Shown one piece after another: positions 52,238 through 64,000 of a stretch of DNA of 64,000 bases. Under the pieces are notes generated by a model. That model did not search any database and was not told the origin of the DNA. It saw nothing but the letters and a program-made list of their open reading frames with translations. A program made the translations under genes and the position numbers. The first letter of the stretch is position 1, and the number at the start of each line of letters is the position of its first letter. Origin of the DNA: Octopus vulgaris (lineage: Eukaryota); NCBI GenBank assembly GCA_951406725.2, contig OX597824.1, positions 90,272,001 to 90,336,000 on the forward strand. Direction: 5' to 3'.

Positions 52238-52286
52238 TCTGGTGCTGCAGCGGAGATGTCCAGAAGGTCTATGTGTCCAAGAAATC
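52238..52286 (-). CDS. Putative exon of the unknown minus-strand gene (FLGHIDLLDISAAAP)
   Basis: ctccccag acceptor and GTAGGA donor, phase 1-2. Confidence 0.3.
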
Positions 52287-53209
52287 CTGGGGAGCACGTC
52301 TTTGGTATATTCTCTCTCTTTTACTCTTTTACTTCTTTTAGTCATTTGACTACGGCCATGCTGGAGCACCGCCTTTAATCGAGCAACTCGACCCCGAGAC
52401 TTATTCTTTGTAAGCCCAGTACTTATTCTATCGGTCTCTTTTGCCGAACCGCTAAGTGACGGGAACATAAACACACCAGCATCGGTTGTCAAGCAATGTT
52501 GGGGGGACAAACACAGACATACAAACATATACACACATATATATATATACATATATATGACGGGCTTCTTTCAGTTTCCGTCTACCAAATCCACTCACAA
52601 GGCTTTAGTAGAAGACACTTGCCCAAGGTGCCATGCAGTGGGACTGAACCCGGAACCATGTGGTTGGTAAACAAGCTACTTACCACACAGCCACTCCTGC
52701 GCCTATATGCGTGGGTTTGTGTCATTGATATAGTACCCGATGGCCACCTGAAAATGGTTCTGATGCTACAGTCTTAATAGAAACAGGTGGACGTCCACAC
52801 ATGCACATACCCACATACTGGACAGTGTCTTGATATACACTGTGACTGTAAAAAGACGGGGTGGTCATGGTTGAAACACGTTTCACCACAAGGCTTCTCA
52901 ATCAGAGAAGAGAATTGGACTAAATTACCTCCCCCCCCACCACCACCACCACCACCACAAAATATTAATTAAAGTACACCTACTTGCCAAAATATGTAGG
53001 GCTCAATACTGGGGGAAATCATGAAAAATTAAGTATTTTTTCAGTTTATGATCAGAAGATGAAACTGAAAAATTATGAGAAGCAATCAGCATTTAAAAAT
53101 AAAATCAGAAAAGTTTGAAATAAGAAATTGCAATAAATAAGGATTTAGGGGTTTAAAAGATTTTTTTTTTTTTTGCAAAATCATAAACTTCCTTGTTGAA
53201 AAGATTGGA

Positions 53210-54247
53210 ATCATCATCATCATCACCATTGTTTAACATCCGCTTTCCAAGCTAGCATGGGTTGGATGATTTGACTGAGGACTGGCAAACTAGATGACTG
53301 CACCAGGCTCTAATCTAATCTGGCAGAGTTTCTACAGCTGGATGCCCTTCCTAATGCCAACAACTCTGAGAGTGTAGTGGGTGCTTTTTACGTGCCACCT
53401 GCACAGGTGCCAGGGGGGGTCCGGCATCGGCCACGATCGGTTGGTGCTTTTAACGTGCCACCGGCACATAAGCCAGCCAAGGCGGCGCTGGCATCGGCCA
53501 CGTTTGGATGGTGCTTTTTATGTGCCATCGGCACAGAAGCCAGTCAGGGCAGCGCTGGCATCGGCCACATTCAGATGGTGCTTTTTATGTGCCACCAGCA
53601 CTGGAGCCAGTTGAGGCAGCGCTGGCATCGGCCACGTTCAGATGGTGCTTTTTATATGCCACCGGCACAGAAGCCAGTCAAGGCGGCGCTGGCAACGGCC
53701 ACGTTCGGATGGTGCTTTTTATATGCCACCGGCACAGAAGCCAGTCAAGGCGGCGCTGGCAACGGCCACGTTCGGATGGTGCTTTTTATATGCCACCGGC
53801 ACAGAAGCCAGTCAAGGCGGCGCTGGCAACGGCCACGTTCGGATGGTGCTTTTTATATGCCACCGGCACAGAAGCCAGTCAAGGCGGCGCTGGCAACGGC
53901 CACGTTCGGATGGTGCTTTTTATGTGCCACTGGCACAGAAGCCAGTCAAGGCGGCGCTGGCAACGGCCACGTTCGGATGGTGCTTTTTATGTGCCACTGG
54001 CACAGAAGCCAGTCAAGGCGGCGCTGGCATCGACCACGTTCGGATGGTGCTTTTTATGTGCCACTGGCACGGGTATCACAACTACTATTTCCATTGATAT
54101 TTATTTCGATGTTCATGTACTTGACTCAACAGGTCTCCTCAAGCACAGCGGGATGTTCTGGAATCCAAGGTACTTTGAATGGGCAGGGGCTATGCGGAAC
54201 TGGTGCAGGAAGCAGCCCGGGTCTTTGCAGTCACAGCATATCTCACA

Positions 54248-54250
<3 letters not shown>
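53210..54250 (-). mobile_element. RTE 3' end with an internal 60-bp unit expanded to ~11 copies (53400-54070)
   Basis: Collinear with 28970-29510; unit CACCGGCACAGAAGCCAGTCAAGGCGGCGCTGGCAACGGCCACGTTCGGATGGTGCTTTTTATATGC-like. Confidence 0.88.
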
Positions 54251-54303
<53 letters not shown>

Positions 54304-54794
54304 TTATCATCATCATCCTCATCATCATCATCGTTTAACATCCGCTTTCCATGCTAGCTTGGGCTGGATGATTTGACAGAGGAATGGTGAACCAGATGGC
54401 TGCACCAGGCTCCAATCTTGATCTGGCAGAGTTTCTACAGCTGGATGCTCTGTGAACAAATATTTTTGGGAGGCAAAAATGTGGGGAAAAAAAGGAAAAA
54501 AGAAAAGAAAGAAGAAAATAAAAGTTATGTGCTTATTTGACATATTTCTGTGTTGCATAGTATCATAATATTAACATTTTCAATTTTTTTGATAATTACA
54601 CACAACCCCCCACCAAAAAAACCCCACAAATTTATATAATTAATTAGGTAATTTCAGTAATTAGCAGTAGAAGCATGTATGAAATAAAGTCTTTTCATGT
54701 CTAGAATGTTCACCACAAAATATAATTATCGGAGAAATAGAAAGTGAAACACTGTTAATGCTCTCATATTATTTTCATTATTTTTTATGTTTCA

Positions 54795-55280
54795 AGGCGG
54801 TGATCTAGCAGAATCGTTAGCATGCCAGAGGAATGCATATCCGTATTTCGTCTGCCGCTACGTTCTGAGTTAAAATTCCGCCGTGGTCGACTTTACCTTT
54901 CATCCTTTCGGGGTCAATTAAATAAGTACTAGTTACGCACTGAGGTCAATATAATTGACTTAATCCCTTTGTCTGTCCTTATCTGTCTTCTCTGTGTTTA
55001 GCCCCTTGTGGGTAGTAAAGAAATGGGTATTTCGTCTGCCGTTACATTCTAAGTTCAAATTCTACTGAGGTCGACTTTGCCTTTCATCCATTCAGGGTCG
55101 ATTAAATAAGTACCAGTTACGTACTGGAGTTGATATAATCGACTTAATCAGTTTGTCTGTCCTTGTTTGTCCTCTCTCTGTGTTTAGCCCCTTGAGGGTA
55201 GTAAAGAAATAGGTATTTCGTCTGCCACTACATTCTGAGTTCAAATTCCACTGAGGTCAACCTTTCCCTTCATCCCTTCC
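54795..55280 (+). mobile_element. SINE family B tandem array (~3 units)
   Basis: Same units as 36759-37525. Confidence 0.85.
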
Positions 55281-55445
55281 GGTACACAAGGTACAGGAAA
55301 CTTATATATATACACCATTCTGCTTAAATAATGGAACTGCAGATACAATATCCTTACATATCTCGCATCTGGTTTCATTCCTCCACTTCACTCTCTATTT
55401 CATATCTTCTCTATAATAACTATTACTTAGACATTTTCTCGCATC

Positions 55446-55493
55446 GTCTCTGATGAAGGGATATAGAAAATATCCCGGAAACAGCTGTAAGAC
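55446..55493 (+). ncRNA. Minimal type I hammerhead ribozyme with an intact core
   Basis: GUCU-CUGAUGA-A-GGGAUAU(agaaa)AUAUCCC-G-GAAAC-AGCU-GUA-AGAC; palindromic ACAGCUGU stem III. Confidence 0.82.
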
Positions 55494-55817
55494 CTTCTCT
55501 TTATAAATGTTCTGAAAACTATTCACAGCCTTGGATTTTTTTATCTCGTTCTGTTAATTTTTATACACGACCCACGTTGGACTCCGCATTCATATCATTA
55601 TTGAACCTGGAGCTTAACTATGGTCTGTCCATAGCACTTACTCACCTTTACCTGACACCTTTGGGTCTTCTTCACACCAATACCTCCCATACCCGATATA
55701 TGTGTGTGTGTATATAAATATATATATATAGCGTGTATATATATATATAATGTGTTTATATATACATATATATATATATACATATAGTATGTATATGTAT
55801 ATAGTGTATATATAGTG

Positions 55818-55867
<50 letters not shown>

Positions 55868-55981
55868 GTGTGTATGAACATATATATATATATATAGTGT
55901 ATGTATATATATATATAGTGTGTATATATATACATATATATATATATAGTGTGTACATGTATATAGTGTATATATAGTGTA

Positions 55982-56020
<39 letters not shown>

Positions 56021-56061
56021 TATATTTATAGTGTGTATGTATATATATATAGTGTGTGTGA

Positions 56062-56108
<47 letters not shown>

Positions 56109-56321
56109 CATATATAATTACTGGTGTAGCATATTGTATGTTTGTATTTTGTTTATGCGCTTAGTAACCATGGGATTGTGGCCAGAGGAAAAGACCCTTT
56201 AACAAGATAAAGAGATGAGAAGCGCTGAATAAACAGCTTAAACCAGGTGAGGCAGCTTACCTGATTGATAAACAAGAATGATGAATATCGATATTCCACT
56301 GTCACTGCAGCTCATTAGCAT

Positions 56322-57137
56322 AGAAACCCATCAGGACAACAAATAATGGAAAAACAGTATGTGAAAGATTTAGGCATCCACATGGGAACCAACCTAAAAT
56401 TCAGAGAACACCTTGACTCAGTCTGTCTTACTGCAAGAAAGTACAGCGGGTGGATCTTGCGCACCTTCAAATCAAGAGATACCTCAACAATGAAAACCCT
56501 CTGGAACAGTATGATACTTCCGAGGATTGACTACTGTTCTCAGTTGTGGTCACCAACAACAAAGGGCCAACTATCTAAGATAGAATCGCTCCAAAGAAAT
56601 TTTACCTCATACTTCTCAGAAACGAGGGACCTGGACTATTGGCAAAGACTCAAAACCTTGAGGATGTACTCAATAGAAAGAAGATTTGAGCGATACCGAA
56701 TTATATACATTTGGAAAATGATAGAGCAGAAGGTGCCAAACTTTGGTATCAAAACCTACCACTCACTGCGCCACGGAAGACGCTGCCAGCTGCCACCAAT
56801 CAACAAAAAGGCTGGCCAGGCAGCAAAAACCCTGCGAGAATCAAGTCTGTTGGTTCGAGGAGCACAACTGTTCAACTCCATTCCGGTACATGTCAGAAAT
56901 CTATCAGGATGCAGTGTGGAATCATTCAAATTGCAACTGGATAGATACTTAAGCACCATTAGAGATGAACCCCATCTCCCAGGATATACACAACGAGCAC
57001 AAACTGACTCAAACTCGCTCCTACACATGTCAAATTTAAGCAGAGAATACAACCTGGCAACCACACCAGACTCTGAGGGTGGAGTCTTCGACTTGGCCTG
57101 AGCATGGACTCAAACCCAAATGAAATGAAATGAAATG
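56322..57137 (+). mobile_element. 5'-truncated CR1/L2-group LINE with an intact ORF2 C-terminus and (AAATG)n tail
   Basis: ORF 56346-57101: VKDLG...WILRTF...PRIDYCSQLWSP...IESLQR...YWQRLKTL...LFNSIP...FKLQLD. Confidence 0.9.
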
Positions 57138-58211
57138 TACCTGAGTCACTTTGAAATGGCAGTATGTACCTGAGGAGTTATTTACATTATTTACATTTGA
57201 CGGATATTTGTCCTCAACACAGCGTTTCGGCTGATATACTGTCCAGCCTTATGTAACAAGATGAGGGCAAATATCCGTCAAATGTAAATAATGTGAATTG
57301 AAATTGCTGAAATTTTGGGGCGGAGGGGATTATAAATCGATTATATGGACCCCAGTGTTCAACTGGTACTTGTTTCATCGAACTCGAAAGGATGAAAGGC
57401 AAAGTTGACTTCGGTGGAATTTGAACTCAGAACGTGATTGAAATAATGCTAAGTATTTCGTCCAGTGTGCTAACAATTCTGCCAGCTCACCGACTTATAT
57501 AATAAGTTGACATTTTAGGCACAAGATTATGGGTCTTAACTCATTGAGGCCCTAAGCACTTAAAAGATTTTGGTGCCCCCATAAAAGATTATGTAATTCA
57601 AAATATAAACAATAACAAACCATGAAATAAATTTTTATTCTTCAAAATGAAACAAAACAGTAAAAGGGAAAATAATGTTTATTTTTTGTATTCTTCCACT
57701 TTATTTATATTTGAAAAGTTTCCTCCTACTTTTTTGAATTGCAAAATCTTTGATCAGATCCTCAAAATTAATCTTAGGTAACACATCTGCATCTATACTT
57801 AGCAGAGATAAAGGCATCCCGAATATTATTTTGTTACCAACCCGGCTGAAACCAGCTCTGGTTCTGTAGTACAAATGTTTTGTTTTCATAAGTTCTGAAT
57901 TAAAATCTTCCACCAAACCTTAGTCTCAATTAATGTTCCTAACACTAGCTGAATGATAATTAAGTTATTTTACCAAATTCTTTGTTATATTTAGAATTAA
58001 TTGAAAGAAACACAGAACATCTCAAAATAAATACAGTAATGAAAGGGTTAATCCTGCCCTACCTATATAAAATAACTGACCTTGTGCTAGAATTTGAAAT
58101 AAAAGGATGGCCATCCAGCCTGAGAAACCATACCACAACAGGCACTTGGAATCTGGCCAGCTCCTGTGTAACTGTCCAACCCATGCCAGCATTGAAAAAC
58201 AGGCGTTAAAC

Positions 58212-58445
58212 CAGGGATAGGCAACTTTGCATCAACTGAGGGGCCACATCATACCATTTCCAAGTGGGAGAGGGCCACATGATAAAACAGATATGCATGA
58301 AATATTACATGAAATATTATTTGTCCCTTTTACACTGAATTTTCTGCAGTTCTTCTTTATTTTATGTGTCCAAGTATGAAATTAGCAACCTAGAAATTCG
58401 CCGAGGGCCGCAGATTGCCCACGGGCCGCAGGTTGCCCATGCATG
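58212..58445. mobile_element. hAT-like MITE inserted into an RTE tail
   Basis: TIR CAGGGATAGGCAAC / GTTGCCCATGCATG; TSD CGTTAAAC/CGTTAAAT. Confidence 0.7.
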
Positions 58446-58822
58446 CGTTAAATGATAATAATGATGATACACACACACACACACACACACACACACGGCA
58501 GGCTTCCACACAGTTTCTGCCTACCAAATCCACTAACAAAAAACTTCAGTGAGCCCATGGTGCCATGCAGCAGAATTGAACTCAAATCCATGCGGTTGAG
58601 AAACGAACTTATCACAGAGGCACACCTACGATATCCCCAGATTCATGGCATTGGTTCTCTGGGTATCCTCATATCGTTACTCATATTTCCCAAGCAATAG
58701 CAAGTTAGTAGTAGTAGTAGCAGTAGTAGCAGCAGCAGCAGTAGTTTGGTGGCGCCTGTACTCTACATGCGGTGTGTGTATTAGTAGACTGTGCCTCTGC
58801 CTTCTCCCACGAATCTAAGTAC

Positions 58823-58855
58823 CACACAAATGCATCGGCGTAACGCGGCCACTCC
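58823..58855 (-). CDS. Putative microexon (SGRVTPMHLC)
   Basis: tctag acceptor and GTACTT donor, phase 1-1. Confidence 0.27.
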
Positions 58856-58970
58856 CTAGATACGGACGCAATCGAGAACATGCGCACGCACGCACACACA
58901 CACCCCCAACTATATCTATATACATACATATATACATACATACATACAGAGAGAAAGAGAGAGAGAGGGG

Positions 58971-59003
<33 letters not shown>

Positions 59004-59095
59004 GGGGAGAGATAAAGACAGAGAGACTCACAGATACGGACATACGTATATACCTTCCTCTGTCTCTCCCCCTCTCACTCTCTCTCGCTCGCTCT

Positions 59096-59174
<79 letters not shown>

Positions 59175-59281
59175 ATATAATGGAGAAATTATACAAAATG
59201 TATAAGTAGATAATGAGTATATATCTTCTATTCTTTTATTTGTTTCGGTCTTTCAACTGCGGCCATGCTGGAGTACCGCCT

Positions 59282-59323
<42 letters not shown>

Positions 59324-59497
59324 TGTGTAACTGTCTGTACACCAGTATATTGTGTGCATACACACACAAACATTCCAAAACACATACGCAATAACATATA
59401 CATATACGTACACAAATATGTATGCACACACACACACACACACAGGCCGTACCAATTCCTCTCGGTTCCCCCCCACGGGTTTTTTTTTCAATCTCAC

Positions 59498-59570
59498 GTT
59501 TTCTACGACTTGGCGCAAACGTATCGCAAAGACGCGCAGGCGTACGAAGCGCTTTCACTTTTAGCCTATT
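59498..59570 (-). CDS. Putative exon (NRLKVKALRTPARLCDTFAPSRRK)
   Basis: tttatttcttag acceptor and GTGAGA donor; the only open frame is phase 0-1. Confidence 0.3.
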
Positions 59571-59792
59571 CTAAGAAATAAATGTTGCTTTCCCGAAAAA
59601 ATCTGACAGTTCGTAGCTTATATGTAAATAGATTTGTGTCACATTCGTAAGTAGCTGTCTTTTTTTTTTTATCAATACGTTTGTTTTGATCACACACAAA
59701 AAATATCTGACTAAAAATTACTAACATTTCGGAAAAAAACTCACCATGCATCTTATATATATACATACATACACACACACATATATATATAC

Positions 59793-59826
59793 GTGGAAAA
59801 ACCATTGTTCCACCGTAGGAACAGTT
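59793..59826 (-). CDS. Putative microexon (TVPTVEQWFFH)
   Basis: ctacag acceptor and GTATAT donor, phase 2-0. Confidence 0.22.
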
Positions 59827-60232
59827 CTGTAGCAGTGCTAATTTAAAGTTGGCTGTGGTGGATCGAATCCACTTCATGCATGGAAGGTTCACAACATACA
59901 TACATACATACTTACATATATATATACATACACAAACACACACACATATATATATATATTCTTTATAGCCATTTGACAAATGCCATGCTGGAGTACTGCA
60001 TTTTTTTTCTATTCTAGGCACAACGCCTGAATTTTTGCGGGGGAGTAGGTAGGGGGCCAGTCGATTAGATCCTCCCCAGTACGCAACTGGTATTCAATTT
60101 ATCGACCTCGAAAGGATGACAGGCGAAATCGATCTCGGCGGAATTTGAACTCAGAACGTAAACACAGACGAAATACCGCTAAGCATTTCGCCCGGCGTGC
60201 TAACGTTTCTGCCAGCTCACCACGCCTAAATA

Positions 60233-60304
<72 letters not shown>

Positions 60305-60949
60305 CATCATCATCATCATCCTATGTAATGTTTGTTTTTATGTCGAATTATAGTAAGGACAATTTTAGATTAAACTGAAGAAATTACCCGATATTTTGCT
60401 AAAGACTAGATATTTCGGAAAGCCAGGGTCATAAGTTAATCCTTTACGTATTAAAACCATTGGATTGCGGTCATGCTGGGGCACCACTTTCGAATGTTTT
60501 TGTCAAACAGATAATCTCCGGTGTTTGTTTGTTTTTGCTTTTTTTTTTTTAAGTAAGGTGCTCGTTCTGTCTGGTGCTTTTGCTGAACGGCATACGTTAC
60601 GGGGACGCAAACAAAACAACATCGGTGGCCAAGCGGTGTGGTAGGGACAAACAACACACACACATATACGCAACGGAATCATGCATTTGAGAAGCTGTCA
60701 CGCCCGTTGTGTGCTGTGTGTGTGTGTGTGTGTGTGAGTGTGTGTGTGAGTGTGTGTGTGTGTGTGTATTCTTTTGTTCTTATACTTGTATCAGTCATTC
60801 GACTGCGGCCCTGCTGGAGCACTGCCTCGAACGGCTTTAGTCGAAGAAATCGACCCCCAGGATTTATTTCTTAAGCCGAGTACTTATTCTATCCATTTCT
60901 TTTGCCGAACCGTTAGATGACGTAAACACACCAACACCGGTGGGGCAGA

Positions 60950-60990
<41 letters not shown>

Positions 60991-61232
60991 GACGGGCTTC
61001 CTTCAGTTTCCATCTACCAAAGCCACTCAGAAGACACTTGCTTAAGGTGCCACGCAGCGGGACTGAACTCGGAACCATATGGTTGGGAAGCAAGCTTCTT
61101 TTTATTCTATCTCTTGTTTCAGTCATTTAACTGCGGCCATGCTGGAACACTACCTTGGAAAACAAGAGTCCTGGAGATACCAGGGAGTGAACCCGCGGTC
61201 TTTCATATGCGAAACGAATGCTCTAACACTGA

Positions 61233-61730
<498 letters not shown>

Positions 61731-61814
61731 ATTCGAGACAAAACCACTATTTTAAAACCAAACAAGGAAAGACTTAATCAATACATAAAATTTTAATATA
61801 AATTAAATAAACCG

Positions 61815-61858
61815 CCACTACAAATGTTTCATGTCTGCTACCGACAATCTTCAGGTGG
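61815..61858 (-). ncRNA. Minimal type I hammerhead ribozyme with an intact core
   Basis: Minus strand reads CCAC-CUGAAGA-U-UGUC(gguagca)GACA-U-GAAAC-AUUU-GUA-GUGG. Confidence 0.75.
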
Positions 61859-61932
61859 ATTTTCGATCTTCTAATCAGTATCAAATATATATATATATAT
61901 ATATATACGTATACATATATATACATACATAT

Positions 61933-61974
<42 letters not shown>

Positions 61975-62581
61975 CGCTAAATCCACAAGTTTTATTCTCT
62001 CTTTGTTTCTCTCATTCCTGTCTGTTGAAGAGCGTAGGCTCAAAACATAAAAGACTTTCTCAGCTTCCCAAGCATCAAACTAAAACACCTGTTTGTTGTT
62101 TATACACCTGTCTTCGTCTTTTGTTTTTCTGTAAATGTCAACTCTCTCTCTTTTTTGTCTGTCTCTCTTTCTCTTAGTGGTTAGGGTGTTCGGCTAACGA
62201 TCGTAGAGCCGCGAGTTCAATTCCCGACGACGCGTTGTGTCCTTGAGCAAGACACTTTATCTCACATTGCTCCAGTCCACTCAGCTGACAAAAATGAGTT
62301 GTTCCTGTATTTCAAAGGGCCAGCCTTGTCACACTCTGTGTCACGCTGAATCTCCCTGAGAAGTATGTGAAGGGGTACGCGTGTCTGTGGAGTGCTCAGC
62401 CACTTGCACGTTAATCTCACGAGCAGGCTGTTCCGTTGATTGGATCAGCTGGAACCCTCGTCGTCGTAAGCGACGGAGTGCTTATATATATATATATATA
62501 CATTTCAAAATGTGACCGCGTGTGTACCGTTGGCGATTTTTTTCCTCTGTCTTCCCTTCTCTGGATCTTTCCTTCTCCTAT

Positions 62582-62616
62582 GTTTTCGACGAAGAGTTCC
62601 GCTCGAAACGTTAAAC
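62582..62616 (+). ncRNA. Hammerhead-like motif with variant core UCGACGA
   Basis: GUUU-UCGACGA-A-GAGU(ucc)GCUC-GAAAC-GUU-AAAC. Confidence 0.5.
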
Positions 62617-62705
62617 CCTCCTTCTTTCCTGAGCGTCCAACAATACTATATCTGTTCCACGTCCTCGCGTTGTTGTGTTTTATATATATGCTTTCTTGTT
62701 TGGAT

Positions 62706-62776
<71 letters not shown>

Positions 62777-62779
62777 ATG

Positions 62780-62957
62780 CTGTTGTGTCTGGGGAGAGTC
62801 ATTCTCTTTTAATACCTTATAATTTAACACACACACCGGTAATATTTCCACTCATTTATTTATTTATTTTTCTATGGAAATTGAGAGGGAAATTTTACCG
62901 GTGAGTGTGTTAAATTATAAGGCACTAAAAGTGAATGACTCTCCCCAGACACAACAG
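62780..62957. repeat. Inverted repeat with ~65-bp arms; arm sequence also at ~45476-45530
   Basis: ctgttgtgtctggggagagtcatt...accggt pairs with accggt...aatgactctccccagacacaacag. Confidence 0.85.
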
Positions 62958-63029
62958 AATATGCTTCAACACACGAACTCAAATAAAGAATCTTGCAAAC
63001 CAAATCCAAAAACGAAATATTTATGTGTA

Positions 63030-63172
<143 letters not shown>

Positions 63173-64000
63173 AATGCAAACAGGAAAAATAGAACTCAAA
63201 TTATGAGTATATGTATATATACTTTTAATATTTGGCAAAAACTAACGGAGTTTCTCAAGGACCGAGAGTTTCGTGCGTTCGAATTTTTCACACACATAAG
63301 CATAACAACAGATATGTGATCGCCCCACACGAAAAATGCATATTTTGAGAAGAAATCGACCAGAGATGCATTTGGAATGATATGTATTGGGATTAGGATT
63401 ATATTAGAATTTGTTAAGAGGGTGGAATGAATAATTTATGCACCTACTCAGAACGTATGAGGAAATAAAGTCGAGTTGTGTGAATTATTCGATCCCAATA
63501 TAAAGTTTGCTTTCCATTTTTTGTTTTTCTCATCAAATTCCGACATAATATTTATCAACGCCATGTGGAACATATTTGTTACTTGTAGAAGATTTTTATT
63601 AAAAAAAACAAACAATATATCTAGTTTTCAGAATGCTATGAGGAAACAAATTCGAGAGGGGGGGGAACGTCTAAATTTATGCCTATATACATAAATGCTG
63701 GTTTAAATGATGTAACAGTTTTGCTAAACAAAATTGTGGCATCATCTGATGTCAGGGTACCTACATAACTGTACCCTCACCACCACCTCTGACTAATTAA
63801 GTCAAAACTTGGATATCTTGCTGTGAGATTTTCAGATGATTTCGTTTACGATTAAATCGGAATTTAAAGAGCGGGAACCCCCCCCCCCCCGAAAAACATT
63901 GGTTGTTGTTCACATACCGTAAATCCTCGAGTATAATCCGCATTTTTTCCCCAAAATTTAACTGTCAAAATCCCTAGTGCGTACTATATATGAGGTTAAA

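Noticed and set aside
53377-54357. 326-aa and 276-aa repetitive ORFs
   Set aside because: They are antisense readings of the 60-bp tandem repeat in an RTE 3' UTR

Overview
AT-rich, repeat-dense animal genomic DNA, probably a coleoid cephalopod such as Octopus (inferred from the SINE, RTE and microsatellite content; not database-checked). 1-26.8 kb holds 16 phase-consistent + strand exons of RTF1 (PAF1 complex, Plus3 domain). They give 678 aa ending [16 protein letters not shown], with the 5' exon(s) upstream of the window. The rest is mostly tRNA-derived SINEs (some in tandem arrays, some with swapped tails), truncated LINEs (RTE, CR1-like, R4/Dong-like), MITEs (piggyBac-, hAT-, Merlin-like), Helitron/Helentron derivatives, minisatellites and microsatellites. 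Highlights: (1) several minimal hammerhead-ribozyme motifs of the Penelope-like type from different families, with three intact cores and some core variants; (2) a ~200-bp coding-like element in three RTF1 introns, one copy with an inverted body; (3) a low-confidence minus-strand gene built from 19-88 nt exons between 36.5 and 59.8 kb; (4) several long hairpins. Most long ORFs in the ORF track are repeat artefacts.
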